Positions 10,018 through 20,732 are shown, numbered from the stretch's first letter. The stretch: 64,000 bases of DNA from Candidatus Aenigmatarchaeota archaeon (GCA_963726265.1 CAVSBQ010000002.1:672001-736000), one strand, 5' to 3'. Made by a program: numbers and translations. The notes: a model not told the origin generated them from the letters alone.

Positions 10018-10845
10018 ATGCATCATTATAGGAAGCGTGCATTCCGACCTGCGAAGGGCAGGAACACGAAGACGATGTTTTTAGGGCTTGCCGTGCTGCT
10101 TGCATGTCTGGCTGGCTACATGCTTGGCAGCATGAACGAGAAGGTCATAATATACTATAATGAAACCATAACAGAAGGCGCGGTAAATTACGTTCCCTAC
10201 AACCCGGTGAACGTTTCCTATTCTAACGTCTCATACGTTTCCGTAATCATACCTGCGGTCGACGAGGAAGGCAACGGCCTGACCACCGTGCTGACGGTCC
10301 AGATAATCCCCGGCGAAGGCCGCGTCCTCGCGAACATAGACAAGATGCTTTTCTGGACGGACACGCAGAACTCCATCCGCACTTCCAGCAGGGTCGCGTC
10401 CAACATAACCGGCATCAACCTGTCGCAATACGACATAATATACACCATCGCGACCAACGCGACCTCTGTCGAAGGCCCTTCCGCTGGGACTGCGCTGACA
10501 ATCGCCACCATCGCCGCCATACAGAAAAGGGGCATTGACACGAAGGTCATGATAACTGGCGCCATAAACCCCGATGGCACCATAGGCCCGGTTGGCCAGA
10601 TACTCACCAAGGCAAAGGTGGCGAAGGACGTCGGAGCAAGGCTGCTTCTTGTGCCCCCGATGCAGTCGCAGGCAATCACCTACGAGACCAGAAGATATTG
10701 CGAACAGATGGGCCCCTCGCAGGTATGCACGACCGAGAAGGTTCCCAAAACCGTGAACGTTTCGGAGGAGGCCGGGATAGAGGTCAGGGAAGTCGGCGAC
10801 GTGCGGGAAGCCCTGGAGTATTTCTTTGTTGAGGAGCAGCCATGA
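10018..10845 (+). CDS. Membrane-anchored Lon-like (S16) serine protease domain protein, no ATPase
   Basis: N-terminal TM segment; VEGPSAG catalytic Ser; TGAINPDGTIGPVG..ILTKA Lys motif. Confidence 0.85.
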   Translation: MHHYRKRAFRPAKGRNTKTMFLGLAVLLACLAGYMLGSMNEKVIIYYNETITEGAVNYVPYNPVNVSYSNVSYVSVIIPAVDEEGNGLTTVLTVQIIPGEGRVLANIDKMLFWTDTQNSIRTSSRVASNITGINLSQYDIIYTIATNATSVEGPSAGTALTIATIAAIQKRGIDTKVMITGAINPDGTIGPVGQILTKAKVAKDVGARLLLVPPMQSQAITYETRRYCEQMGPSQVCTTEKVPKTVNVSEEAGIEVREVGDVREALEYFFVEEQP

Positions 10846-11594
10846 TAGACATCCACGCGCACCTGTGCTTCGGCGACTATGACAGGGACATGGACCAGGT
10901 CATAGCAAAATGCAGGGAGGAGCTTGCTGCGGTCGTGGTGAGCTCTGCCAGATATGACGAGGGCCTGAAGGCGCTGGCCCTTGCAAAAAAGCATCCGCAT
11001 TTCATTTTTCCCACGCTCGGCTGCCACCCGACCGAAGGCGGCGACCCGGAAAAAATAATGCAGCTGATAAAGGCCAGCGCGGAAAAGATAGTCGGCATCG
11101 GAGAAGCAGGCCTCGACCACCACTGGGAAAAGGACAATGAAAAACAAAAGCGTCAGAAGGAGGTTTTCTCGCAGTTCATAGAGCTTGCCGGAAAGCTGAA
11201 GAAGCCGCTTGTGATACATTCGTGGGACGCGGAAAGCGAATGCTTCGAAATGGTGAAAGACGCTGGCATCGAAGCGATATTCCATTGTTTTTCAGGCCAG
11301 AGGGAGCTGGTGCAGGCAATCGCCGCGCGCGGGTTTTACATTTCCATATCGACCATGGTGCTTTTCTCGAAGAACGTAAGGAAAATCGCGAAGGACACGC
11401 CGCTCGACAGGCTGCTTCTCGAAACCGACTCGCCCTTCCTCTCGCCCAACAAGGAGCAGGACCCGAGGAACTATCCCTGGAACATAAAGATAGCCGCAGG
11501 CAAGATAGCGGAGCTCAAGGGCACGAACGCGCAGGAGATTCTCGGAAGGGCAAAGGAAAACGCCGTCCGCGTTTTCGGCCTCAAAATAACTTAA
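10842..11594 (+). CDS. tatD: TatD-family nuclease
   Basis: DIHAH, GIGEAGLD, IHS, FHCFSG and LLETDSP motifs. Confidence 0.93.
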   Translation: MIDIHAHLCFGDYDRDMDQVIAKCREELAAVVVSSARYDEGLKALALAKKHPHFIFPTLGCHPTEGGDPEKIMQLIKASAEKIVGIGEAGLDHHWEKDNEKQKRQKEVFSQFIELAGKLKKPLVIHSWDAESECFEMVKDAGIEAIFHCFSGQRELVQAIAARGFYISISTMVLFSKNVRKIAKDTPLDRLLLETDSPFLSPNKEQDPRNYPWNIKIAAGKIAELKGTNAQEILGRAKENAVRVFGLKIT

Positions 11595-11618
11595 AAGCAC
11601 GCGCTCTTAATTGGTATT

Positions 11619-12773
11619 ATGAAATTGAATCCGGGTGCGAAGACCATAGCGGCAAAAATAACCGGTTCCGGCCAGATATGCGACGCATGCCTTGGCCGCC
11701 AGTTCGCCAGGCTCAGGGCGCTCAAAAACAGGACTAACCGCGAGCGCGGCAGCATAATCCGCAGCCTTGCCGCAAACGAATCCGGAATCGTTGCTGAAGG
11801 GGAATGCCGTGTATGCGGCGGTTTCTTTGACAGGCTTCCCGGCCTGGCGGATGACGTCCTGAAAAAGCTGAAGGGAACGGATTTCGCGACGTTCATGGTT
11901 GGTATAAGGATGAGCGACGCGCTGGTCATGAGCGAGGAAGCTTTGTGGGAAAAGGCCGGCGTGAAATACAGCGAGCCTATAAAGGCCCAGATAAGCAGGG
12001 AGCTGATGGGGGCGGTATCAAGACGCACACGCCGTAAGCCCGACCCGGACAGGCCAGACGTGCTGATAACGCTAGACCTCCAGAGAAACACGGTCGAGAT
12101 TTTCGCAAGCCCGCTGCTGTTCTACGGGGAATACAAGAAGTTTATGCGGGGTTTGCCGCAGACAAGCTCTCCCCGATACAAGCAGAGCGTCGAGGACATA
12201 ATAGCGAAGCCCTTCATGAAGCTTTCGAAGGGCAGGTCACACGTGCTCCACGCGCTCGGCAGGGAGGATAAGGAAGCGAGATGCCTTGCATGGAGGCCCT
12301 TCGTCCTGGAAATCAAGCAGCCGAAAAAACGGAGGCTGCGCCTGAAAAAGATAGCAGCCGAGATAAACAAGAGCGCGAAGGTGAAGGTGGCGAGGCTCAG
12401 GCCCTCGAAAAGGAAGGAAGTGGCGGTACTCAAGGCCAGAAACCCCTACAAAGTTTACAGGGTAATCATCGACTTTGAAAACCCGGTTGGCAACATCGGC
12501 GATGCAAAAAAAATCGCCGGCGGCATAAAGCAGCGCACGCCGGGCAGGCTTCTCGGCCGCAAAGAGGACAGGACAAAGCATAAAAAGGTTAAAAGTATTA
12601 AATGGAAAAGGATTAATAGTAAAAGATACCAATTTGATATAACCGCGGAGTCGGGTTTATACCTCAACGAACTCGTGACCGGCGATGGCGGAAGGACAAA
12701 ACCGTCGCTTTCGCAGGTGCTGGGCAACAGCGCGAAAATAAGGGAATTCGACCTCATAGGCCTAAAGGCATGA
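11619..12773 (+). CDS. pus10: tRNA pseudouridine 54/55 synthase Pus10 (divergent)
   Basis: CDACLGR, GREDKEAR, RPFVLEIKQPKKR, QRTP, GRTKPS; conserved position upstream of rpl21e. Confidence 0.88.
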   Translation: MKLNPGAKTIAAKITGSGQICDACLGRQFARLRALKNRTNRERGSIIRSLAANESGIVAEGECRVCGGFFDRLPGLADDVLKKLKGTDFATFMVGIRMSDALVMSEEALWEKAGVKYSEPIKAQISRELMGAVSRRTRRKPDPDRPDVLITLDLQRNTVEIFASPLLFYGEYKKFMRGLPQTSSPRYKQSVEDIIAKPFMKLSKGRSHVLHALGREDKEARCLAWRPFVLEIKQPKKRRLRLKKIAAEINKSAKVKVARLRPSKRKEVAVLKARNPYKVYRVIIDFENPVGNIGDAKKIAGGIKQRTPGRLLGRKEDRTKHKKVKSIKWKRINSKRYQFDITAESGLYLNELVTGDGGRTKPSLSQVLGNSAKIREFDLIGLKA

Positions 12774-12786
12774 AAGAGGGAATGTC

Positions 12787-13077
12787 ATGGTAAGAGCGAC
12801 ACTGGGTTTCAGGAGATCGACAAGAAGGAAGCTTAGGAAGAAGCACGGTGTGAAATTCACGGTTACCCCGTATCTGATGGAATTCAAGCCGAAGGACAAA
12901 GTAGTCATAAAACTAGACCCGTCATCCCAGAAGGGGATGCCCTTTCCCAAGTTCAAGGGCAAGGTGGGCGAAATCAAGGCAAGGAGAGGCGACGCTTACA
13001 TCGTCACGATAAGGATAGGCAACTCGGTAAAGGAAGTCATATCCAGGCCTGAGCACCTGGTGTTGCTGAAGAAGTAA
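12787..13077 (+). CDS. rpl21e: 50S ribosomal protein L21e
   Basis: GFRRSTRRKL, KGMPFPKFKGKVG, RPEHL. Confidence 0.96.
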   Translation: MVRATLGFRRSTRRKLRKKHGVKFTVTPYLMEFKPKDKVVIKLDPSSQKGMPFPKFKGKVGEIKARRGDAYIVTIRIGNSVKEVISRPEHLVLLKK

Positions 13078-13088
13078 AAGGTGGTTTC

Positions 13089-13415
13089 ATGAATATCAAG
13101 GATGAGAAGGTAGTTAGCTGGGCAGAATCGAAGAAGATACTGTCCGAAAAGGAGAAGAGCAGGGAGCTTGCTTATGAGCAGAAAAACGCGCTGGATCACC
13201 TGAGAAAATTCTGCAAACTGCCGGAGAAAAAGCAGGACAAAGTGATGGAAGAACTGAGAGGCATCGAGAAACTCAAGGAAAGGCACATAGTCAGCATCAT
13301 GAACTTCCTGCCGGAAAATCAAAACGAGCTGAGGACGCTTTTTGCGAACGACAGACTGGTTCTGACAGAGGACGACAAGAAGAAAATACTCAAGATAGTG
13401 AAGGACAACAAATAG
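13089..13415 (+). CDS. rpo4: RNA polymerase subunit Rpo4 (F)
   Basis: ELAYEQKNALDHLRKF, IMNFLPEN.NELRTL; synteny with rpl21e and DUF655. Confidence 0.9.
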   Translation: MNIKDEKVVSWAESKKILSEKEKSRELAYEQKNALDHLRKFCKLPEKKQDKVMEELRGIEKLKERHIVSIMNFLPENQNELRTLFANDRLVLTEDDKKKILKIVKDNK

Positions 13416-13462
13416 CATTATAAATACGTATTCTAATCTTAAACAAGGCGAGGCTGGTCAGA

Positions 13463-14038
13463 ATGCAAAGGGAAATCAAAAAGGACGAATGGGCAATAGT
13501 GCTGGATTACCTGCCCCATGGCTATTACGGCATGCGCGTTTCGCAGCCGGTTTCGCAGGTCGTGGGCGAGGAGTATTTTTCCCTGCTCGAAGTCATAGTC
13601 AGGGAAGGCGTTTATCTCAAGGTCGGCACGCGCGTATACATAGGCGACGGGAAAAGGGACGAGGTCAAGTTCATAAAGAGGAGAATCGAGTTCAAGGACC
13701 TCACGACGGCTGCGAAGGAAGAGGTTTCTGATATTGTCGAAGACGTGGTCAAGGCCAGCCCCAAGAAGTTCCTGGAGTTTTTCAACCGCGCGGGCCCCAT
13801 AACCACGCGCCTGCACCAGCTCGAGTTACTGCCGGGCGTAGGCAAGAAGCATCTCTGGGAAATCCTTTCCGCGAGGAAAGAGAAGCCCTTCGAAAGCTTC
13901 GAGGAGCTGAAAAAGCGCGTGAGCATGCTGCCCGATCCCGAGAAGATGATAATCAAGAGGGTCCTCGAGGAAATGGAGGACAAGGACAAATACAGGATAT
14001 TCGTGCCCAAGTTCGAAAAAATGCAGATGCAGCGATGA
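13463..14038 (+). CDS. DUF655 family RNA-binding protein
   Basis: VLDYLPHG, ITTRLHQLELLPGVGKK, PFESFEEL. Confidence 0.92.
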   Translation: MQREIKKDEWAIVLDYLPHGYYGMRVSQPVSQVVGEEYFSLLEVIVREGVYLKVGTRVYIGDGKRDEVKFIKRRIEFKDLTTAAKEEVSDIVEDVVKASPKKFLEFFNRAGPITTRLHQLELLPGVGKKHLWEILSARKEKPFESFEELKKRVSMLPDPEKMIIKRVLEEMEDKDKYRIFVPKFEKMQMQR

Positions 14039-14049
14039 CGACCGCAAGG

Positions 14050-15594
14050 TTATTTCTGGCTGATCATTTTCAGAACGCTTTCCGGATTCTTGTAATAATC
14101 CGATATTATCTTGCCCACCTTCTCTATCGTGTTCATCTTGTTTTTGACCATCCAGAGCAGGATGTTCTTTTTCTCCTCGAGGTTCCTTTTTATTTCGTTG
14201 TCGTCCATGCCGGAGAAAAGCTTTATGTCGTTCCAGACCCTGTTCGATTTGCCCCATTCGACTATCTGGTCCTTCGATGGTACCCATCTGAATATGTCGT
14301 TCATCTCGATTTTCATTTCGTCAAGCCCGCCCGATGGAATGAGCTCGGATACCTCGAGCACCCTTCTTATGCGCTTCCTTCTGTCCCTGTGCATGACCGC
14401 TATCAGCTGGAGCGAGGTCAGCAGCGAAATGGGAATGTTGATGGGCGGGTTTATCAGGCGTTTCAGCGTTTCTTCTGCGGTGTTGGCGTGAAGCGTCGAG
14501 TAAACCGAATGGCCGGTGTTTATCGCCTCGAACAGGACTTCCGCCTCCTTAGACCTGCGTATCTCGCCGACTATCATCCTGTCCGGTCGCATCCTGAGCG
14601 CGTTTATCATGAGCTGGAGCATCGTGACTTCCCCCTTCCCCTCGATGTTCGGCGGCCTGGTGGTGAGCGGGACCCAGTGGAGAAACGGGGGGAGCTGTAT
14701 CTCTCTCGTGTCCTCGATGGAAAGGATTCTCTCTGTTGGCGGGATAAACATGCACAGGACATTAAGGAACGACGTCTTGCCCGATGCCGTTCCGCCAGTG
14801 CAGACGATGTTCATTTCGAACTGTATTGCCAGCCAGAGGAACGCCGCGACCTCAGGCGATATGGTCTTCGTTTCTATGAAATCGGTTATGGTCCACGGCC
14901 TCCTGGCGAATTTCCTTATCGTCAGCGTGTTGCCCTTTGAGGATATCGGGAAGAGCGTGGAGTTCGCCCTGTCGCCCGTCGTCAGATACGCGTCCATGAG
15001 TGGATTGAGATTTGTTATCTGGGTGCCGACCTTCCTGCCTATCTGCGCGGCATAGTTGTAGACTTTCGTTTCATCGCCCAGCACAACGTTGGTTTTGAGC
15101 CAGCCATAGGTCCTGTGATAGACCCATATGGGCTCCTTGGCGTTGTTGATTACGATTTCCTCAAGGCCGTTGTCTTTCAGCATGAATTCAATCGGCCCGA
15201 GGCCCAGCGATTCCTGCGACAGGATTCCGACCAGTATGTCCACGTCCTTCCTGCTCAGGTTAGGCAGCTCGGCCCCGATAAGGTTAGTCGCCTTCTGCAC
15301 GAATTTCATCTTGACTTCGCTCGTATCTTCTGTGCTGAGAATGTCGTCCGTTACGAAGGCGAGCTCGGTGACTATCTTTTCCCTTATGGAGTCAAGGATG
15401 GCCCACGTCGCTTCCTCTATCTTCGGGTATTTTATGTTGTAAACGGGGACGTATTCCTTCTCGTCATGGTAGATGCTCACGGAAGCGGTCACGTTCTGGT
15501 ATTCTATGTTATAACTTTCCATCACCTTCATGGTGGGAGCGGGTTTTTCAGTTTTTGGGATCAATTTCGCCCTTTTCGGCTTTTTTGCCAGCAT
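14050..15594 (-). CDS. Type IV pilus / T2SS assembly ATPase (TadA/VirB11/FlaI family)
   Basis: Walker A GGTASGKT, SIEDTRE Asp box, RMRPDRMIVGEIR, His box TGHSVYSTLHA. Confidence 0.93.
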   Translation of the reverse strand: MLAKKPKRAKLIPKTEKPAPTMKVMESYNIEYQNVTASVSIYHDEKEYVPVYNIKYPKIEEATWAILDSIREKIVTELAFVTDDILSTEDTSEVKMKFVQKATNLIGAELPNLSRKDVDILVGILSQESLGLGPIEFMLKDNGLEEIVINNAKEPIWVYHRTYGWLKTNVVLGDETKVYNYAAQIGRKVGTQITNLNPLMDAYLTTGDRANSTLFPISSKGNTLTIRKFARRPWTITDFIETKTISPEVAAFLWLAIQFEMNIVCTGGTASGKTSFLNVLCMFIPPTERILSIEDTREIQLPPFLHWVPLTTRPPNIEGKGEVTMLQLMINALRMRPDRMIVGEIRRSKEAEVLFEAINTGHSVYSTLHANTAEETLKRLINPPINIPISLLTSLQLIAVMHRDRRKRIRRVLEVSELIPSGGLDEMKIEMNDIFRWVPSKDQIVEWGKSNRVWNDIKLFSGMDDNEIKRNLEEKKNILLWMVKNKMNTIEKVGKIISDYYKNPESVLKMISQK

Positions 15595-16276
15595 CCTTTC
15601 TCCTCTTGACAAACTTCAAAACTAAAACAATGCCTATGATTATTATTGCCGCGACCGCTAAAAAAGCTTGGAAATATGAAATGCGGATTGCCGGAAGCCT
15701 TACCGTGTATATGGCTATGAATATGGCGAAACAGATGATGATGGCAAGGTTTATGATGAATACCTTCCTTGCCGGCTTCGCCTTGCGGCGGCCTTTCAGT
15801 TTCCCTATCTTTTCCTCGTCCGTCGTGAATCGTCTTAGAACGAGCACGGGCTCGCCCACCGGAGGATAGCGCAGGCGCACCAGCTTATGCTCCTCCAGGA
15901 TCCTGCCCCATTCCTCCACCTGTTCGGTGTCGATGCCCAGCAGCTTGGCCGCTTCCTTCACCTTTATTATGCCCTTCTCCCTTACGATTTCGTAGAGCTT
16001 GTCGACATCGGTTTCGACGTGTTCCCTGGCCTTTTCAACATTTTTCCGGGGCTTCGCTTTGTCATCATCGTCCACCCCGGCCTTTTCCGGCTTCGCTTCT
16101 TCAGGCGTTTCCTTTGCCGGTTCCTTGGCAGCTGCCTTCCCGGCTTCGGGTTTGGTAGGCGCCTCTTTTGGCGCGGCAGCCTTAGTCTCCTGCCCTTTCA
16201 GGGCTGCAGCCTTCCGGGGTTTCTTCCCGTCGCCCTTTCCGCCGTTCACTTCCAGATAATCATCTTCTTCGTACAT
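15548..16276 (-). CDS. Hypothetical protein: low-complexity N-terminus, winged-helix-like domain, two C-terminal TM helices
   Basis: VETDVDKLYEIV...EAAKLLG...VEEWGRILEEHKLVRLRY, then two hydrophobic segments; co-oriented with the ATPase. Start at the ATG at 16276 (MYEEDD). Confidence 0.7.
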   Translation of the reverse strand: MYEEDDYLEVNGGKGDGKKPRKAAALKGQETKAAAPKEAPTKPEAGKAAAKEPAKETPEEAKPEKAGVDDDDKAKPRKNVEKAREHVETDVDKLYEIVREKGIIKVKEAAKLLGIDTEQVEEWGRILEEHKLVRLRYPPVGEPVLVLRRFTTDEEKIGKLKGRRKAKPARKVFIINLAIIICFAIFIAIYTVRLPAIRISYFQAFLAVAAIIIIGIVLVLKFVKRRKDAGKKAEKGEIDPKN

Positions 16277-16277
16277 A

Positions 16278-17471
16278 TCAACAACTGCCGCATAATTCAG
16301 TGATGCCGTATCTGTCGGCAAAGGTCCTGTTTAACCTGAACCAGCCCTGCAAACCCCTCACCGGATATCCAATATAGTCTTGGTCCCTGAAATATATATA
16401 ATCTACAGAGACGACGTTTTCCTTTAGCGGTAATTGGTAGCTCTGCAGTTCCGGAAGATTGGTTATGGACTCCATGCCTTCGGAAGTCGCGTTCAAATCG
16501 CCTTCCAGCCTTTTAAGGAAAGGTGGGCCGCTGCCGGCGAAATAATATTTGTTGTCTATCTCATCGCGCAGCGGCAAATGCCATACAGCCTTCGTGACGC
16601 TGTCTATGTAAACAGTCAGATAGCCGGTCTCTGACACGGCCTGCGAAACGGCTTCGAAAGCGCTGCCGTTGCCCGTGACGTAGCAGTCCGAGCTCGCGCT
16701 GAGGTTGACCGATTCCTCTATGACAAAGCCCGAAAAGCAGCCAAGCGACACGCCGGATATGTTCTCCGCGACGAGTATCCTGGAGGCGCATTCTGTTTTG
16801 TTGAAGGTCACGTTGCCGCTGCAGTTGCCTGTGGAATTCGCGCCGCCGGTCACGAGCTTCTTCCCGCGGTATGGATACGGCGAGAGCTTCACGCTCCTGG
16901 TTATCACGCCGTTCGTCTTGAGCGTGAAGAGCGGGTCCTCCGCGCCATCGACCGGTACCATGGCGTCGAACTGCATGTTTTTCTTCGTTATGTTCGCGAT
17001 GCCCAGTTCGTCGGCGACCGAGACGTTCAGCCTCCCGGAGGCGTTTATCTCAAAGGCGCCGTGACTGGAAATCTGCAGGCCCGAGAAGCTTATGTTGATG
17101 CGGAAGTTGACCGGCACGCTCAGGATTTTGGAGGTCCAGTTGGCCAGCGTGTTGTTGAACATGAGGATGCTCTCGTTGCCTTCAATCGACCCGTTCTCCA
17201 TGAGCTCCTTTATGCCGGCCGGCGCGTCGCTCATGGCCCTGCCGCTCATGACGACGTAATCGTCGCCTGCCAGCATGGCCCTCTTGCCCGACGTCACGAT
17301 AGCCTTGGCGAAGTCGTTTTCGATGCTCTTCTCGGCTTGGTGTATCTGGTCGGCGACTATGGTCTCGTATCTGCCGGTCTCGCCGCCCTGGGCCTCGATG
17401 TAGAGCGTTATAAACACGACTATAGTAATCGTGATGAATATCGCTATCACAGAATAAAACTGCCCCCTCAT
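16278..17471 (-). CDS. Class III signal peptide (pilin-like) surface protein
   Basis: MRGQ-FYSVIAIFITITIVVFI N-terminus; many N-x-S/T sequons. Confidence 0.7.
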   Translation of the reverse strand: MRGQFYSVIAIFITITIVVFITLYIEAQGGETGRYETIVADQIHQAEKSIENDFAKAIVTSGKRAMLAGDDYVVMSGRAMSDAPAGIKELMENGSIEGNESILMFNNTLANWTSKILSVPVNFRINISFSGLQISSHGAFEINASGRLNVSVADELGIANITKKNMQFDAMVPVDGAEDPLFTLKTNGVITRSVKLSPYPYRGKKLVTGGANSTGNCSGNVTFNKTECASRILVAENISGVSLGCFSGFVIEESVNLSASSDCYVTGNGSAFEAVSQAVSETGYLTVYIDSVTKAVWHLPLRDEIDNKYYFAGSGPPFLKRLEGDLNATSEGMESITNLPELQSYQLPLKENVVSVDYIYFRDQDYIGYPVRGLQGWFRLNRTFADRYGITELCGSC

Positions 17472-18003
17472 ATAAATAATAAGGGGGCTTTAATTAAATT
17501 GAGATACTATCATTCACTTACAATTTCCTATAATGCCCGAGACAGTTAATTGTCCCTGATATTAGCAGGTATCGCTGGTACTTTATCTCGATATTATAGA
17601 GACTAATTCCGTATTTTGGATAAACCATGCACATTTCAGCTACAAGTTTAGTGCGAACCCTGTTATTTACAAAAATATCTTTGCTTCATTTTTATATCTA
17701 AAGTTTCGAACTTCACTCAATAGAAAATCTCGCACCTGTCATTGACTTTATCGCATACCGTTGCAAAGATTTAAAGCTAATTCGTTCTTTGTTTTCAAAT
17801 CATCTTTGGTTGTGGCGCATACAAATTTACGACACTTGCACCAATTTTTGCATATTCACATCACCTTTAATTATTCAATAGTGACTATTTGGACATAAAA
17901 TTTATAAATGGTTACTGAACCAAGCGATTGCCGCCTTCATGGCTGGCTGGAAATTTTAAATTATTAAATTAAAGCCATGGATGCAATATTTTATCGTGAT
18001 GCG

Positions 18004-19724
18004 ATGAAATACTCCGAGCTTGTCGAGCTCTACGAATATCTCGAGCAGACGCCATCCCGCCTGAGCAAAACAGAGAAGATTGCCTCCTTCTTGAGGGAAG
18101 CGGATGCCAAGATACTTGACAAGGTCGTGCTGCTGATTCAGGGAAAAGTCTTCCCTGCTTATTCCGAAAAGGAAATGGGCGTCGCCGACAAGGTGATGGC
18201 AAAGGCCATAGCGTCGGCGACGGGTTTCTCGGAGAGCGACGTGAGCGGCGAGTTCAGGGATACCGGCGACCTCGGCCTCGCGGTCGAGAAACTGATGAGG
18301 ACCAGGAAGCAGAAGAACCTCGTGAGCCGCGAGCTGGAAGTGGACAAGGTCTTCGAGAACCTGCAGAAGCTCGCTTCTATCGAAGGTACGGGGCTCGCAG
18401 GACACGAAGATATCGCTCATCAAGGAACTGATATCGAGCTGCGAAGCCGAAGGAGGCGAAATACATCGTGCGCACGGTCCTTGAGCAGATGCGCATGGGC
18501 GTCGCTGAGGGCGTGCTGCGCGATTCGATTGCGGCTGCGTTTTTCGAGGCGAAGGATGCGGAAGACAAGAAGAAGATTGTCAGCGCCATCGAATGGGCAT
18601 GGTTCCTGCGGCCAGATTACGCTGAGATAGCAAAAATCGCGAAAGAGCGCGGGTTACGCGGGCTCGAAAAGGTAACCGTCGAAGTCGGCAAGCCCTACCA
18701 AGTCCTGCTCGCTGAGAAAGCGAAGGACCTGAAAGAGGCGCTGGAAACCTTCGAGAGGCCCATTGTCGAATTCAAATACGACGGCGCGCGCGTGTGCATA
18801 CACAAAAAAGGCGATAAATTATGGTTTTACACGAGGCGGCTCGAGGACGTGACGAAACAATTCCCGGACCTCGCAGAGCTCGTCATCAAGGGCGTAAAAG
18901 CGGACGCGTGCATAATAGAAGGCGAGATGCTTGGCATAGACAGGAAAAGCGGCTCGCCGCTGCCGTTCCAGCTGCTTTCCCAGAGGATAAAAAGGAAATA
19001 CGACATCGCGCAGATGGCCAAAGAGATTCCCATCCAGGTCAACCTTTTCGACATCGTTTACCTTGACGGGAAGGACCTGTTTTCCGAGCCGCTCGAAAGG
19101 CGCAAGAAAGCGCTCGAGAGCGTGGTGAAGGCCACGCCGGGCAAGTTCCAGCTCGCCGAGAGGCTCGTGACCAGAGACCTGAAAGAGGCCGAAAGGTTCT
19201 ATGAGCGCGCCCTGAAAGCGAAGCAGGAGGGCGTTATAGTCAAGAACCTCGACGCGACCTACCAGCCGGGCCGCAGGGTCGGCTACTGGCTCAAGGTCAA
19301 GCCGATAATGGAGACGCTGGACCTTGTGATTACAGGCGCGGAATGGGGCACGGGCAAGCGCACGAGCTGGCTTGGGACTTTCATACTCTCATGCAGGAAA
19401 GACGATGGATTCGCGGAATGCGGCATGATGGGCACGGGCATAAAGGAGAAGAAGGCAGTCGAAGAAGACGTTACATTCGAAGAGCTCACAAAACAGCTCA
19501 GGCCGCATATAATATCCGAGAAGGGCAATGAGGTCAGGATAGGGCCGAAAATCGTCGTGGAAGTCGCTTACGAAGAGATACAGAAGTCGCCAACCTATGC
19601 CTCTGGCTTTGCGCTGCGCTTCCCGCGGCTTGTGCGAATCAGGGTGGACAAGGCGGCTGAAGATGCGGATGACCTGGCAAGAATAGAGGAGCTTTACGCG
19701 GGCCAGAAAGGCAAGAAGACATAA
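18004..19724 (+). CDS. lig: ATP-dependent DNA ligase, apparently split by two single-base insertions (about 18392 and 18440)
   Basis: N-terminal DNA-binding domain (TGDLGLA), EFKYDGAR, EGVIVK, WLKVK, ALRFPR. Rejoining the frames gives EGTGSQDTKISLIKELISS..KPKEAKYIVR. Confidence 0.92.
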
Positions 19725-19885
19725 AAAACGCGCTTTTGCGCCGTTCTGGAACAAATGCCCTTTAAATATATTCACTGAGAAGTAATAAACATATATAAAG
19801 CTTTCGTTACCAATAAAAGTATAATAAAATGTTTATATAACCGAAGCTTATATTAACTATCAAGAAGGTAAAAAAGCAAGGTGAA

Positions 19886-20680
19886 ATGATGGTGGCGACG
19901 ACAAAAACTTTGGATGCTCTGAAGAGCATAGGGCTGAACCTCTACGAGAGGAAAATCTTCGTGGCTTTGTTAGCGAGAGGCGTAGCGACAGCGGGGGAGC
20001 TTTCGCAGATAGCGAACGTCCCGAGATCTAGATCGTATGACATTCTTGAATCGCTCGCGGAGAAAGGATTCGTCGTCGTCCAGCCCTCGAAGCCGATAAG
20101 ATACGTCGCTCTTGCACCGAAGGACGCGCTCGAAAGGACCAAGGACAACATGAAGAAAAGGCATGACGAAATGACCGAAAGGCTTGAAGACATGAAAGGT
20201 TCGCCAGTCATTACGGAGCTTGAGACGATATACAAAGATGGGCTCAACCTGGTGCAGCCGTTCGAGATGACGGGAACGCTCAAGGGAAGGCATTCTATAA
20301 ACCAGCACCTGAGCATGCTCATCAGGAAGGCAACCAAGGAGATAAGGATAATAACCACGGAAAGCGGCCTCAATGAGCTTTATTCGAACCACTACAACGC
20401 GCTCAAGAAGGTTTCGAAGAGAGGCGTCAAGGTCAGGATACTTGCACCAACCAGCGACACGGTGCCGGTCAAGGCCTTCGCGGAAATAGCAGAGATAAGG
20501 AACATCAAGAAGCCTCTCAACAGGGTCTTCACGTTCGACGACAAGCACGTGCTTTTCGCGCTCACGGACGACAAGAAAGTCCACCAGACACAGGACGTCG
20601 CGTTCTGGGCGCAGTCATCGCACGCGGTGAAGAGCTTCGCGGAGCCGTTCTTCAACAACGCATGGGTAGAATGCGATTAA
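19886..20680 (+). CDS. TrmB-family transcriptional regulator
   Basis: GLNLYERKIFVALL..VPRSRSYDILESLAEKGFV HTH and a C-terminal effector domain. Confidence 0.92.
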   Translation: MMVATTKTLDALKSIGLNLYERKIFVALLARGVATAGELSQIANVPRSRSYDILESLAEKGFVVVQPSKPIRYVALAPKDALERTKDNMKKRHDEMTERLEDMKGSPVITELETIYKDGLNLVQPFEMTGTLKGRHSINQHLSMLIRKATKEIRIITTESGLNELYSNHYNALKKVSKRGVKVRILAPTSDTVPVKAFAEIAEIRNIKKPLNRVFTFDDKHVLFALTDDKKVHQTQDVAFWAQSSHAVKSFAEPFFNNAWVECD

Positions 20681-20732
20681 ACAAGAAATTAACCTTAACT
20701 TTTTTGTTTTAGCCATTATTATTTCTAAGTGT

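Noticed and set aside
17480..17960. Replication origin
   Set aside because: AT-rich, but I see no repeated ORB-like boxes or G-strings and no adjacent cdc6/orc1.
18380..18470. Programmed frameshift, intein or naturally split DNA ligase
   Set aside because: Two separate +1 insertions restore a normal sequence; there is no slippery heptamer or intein motif, and similar indels occur across the window.
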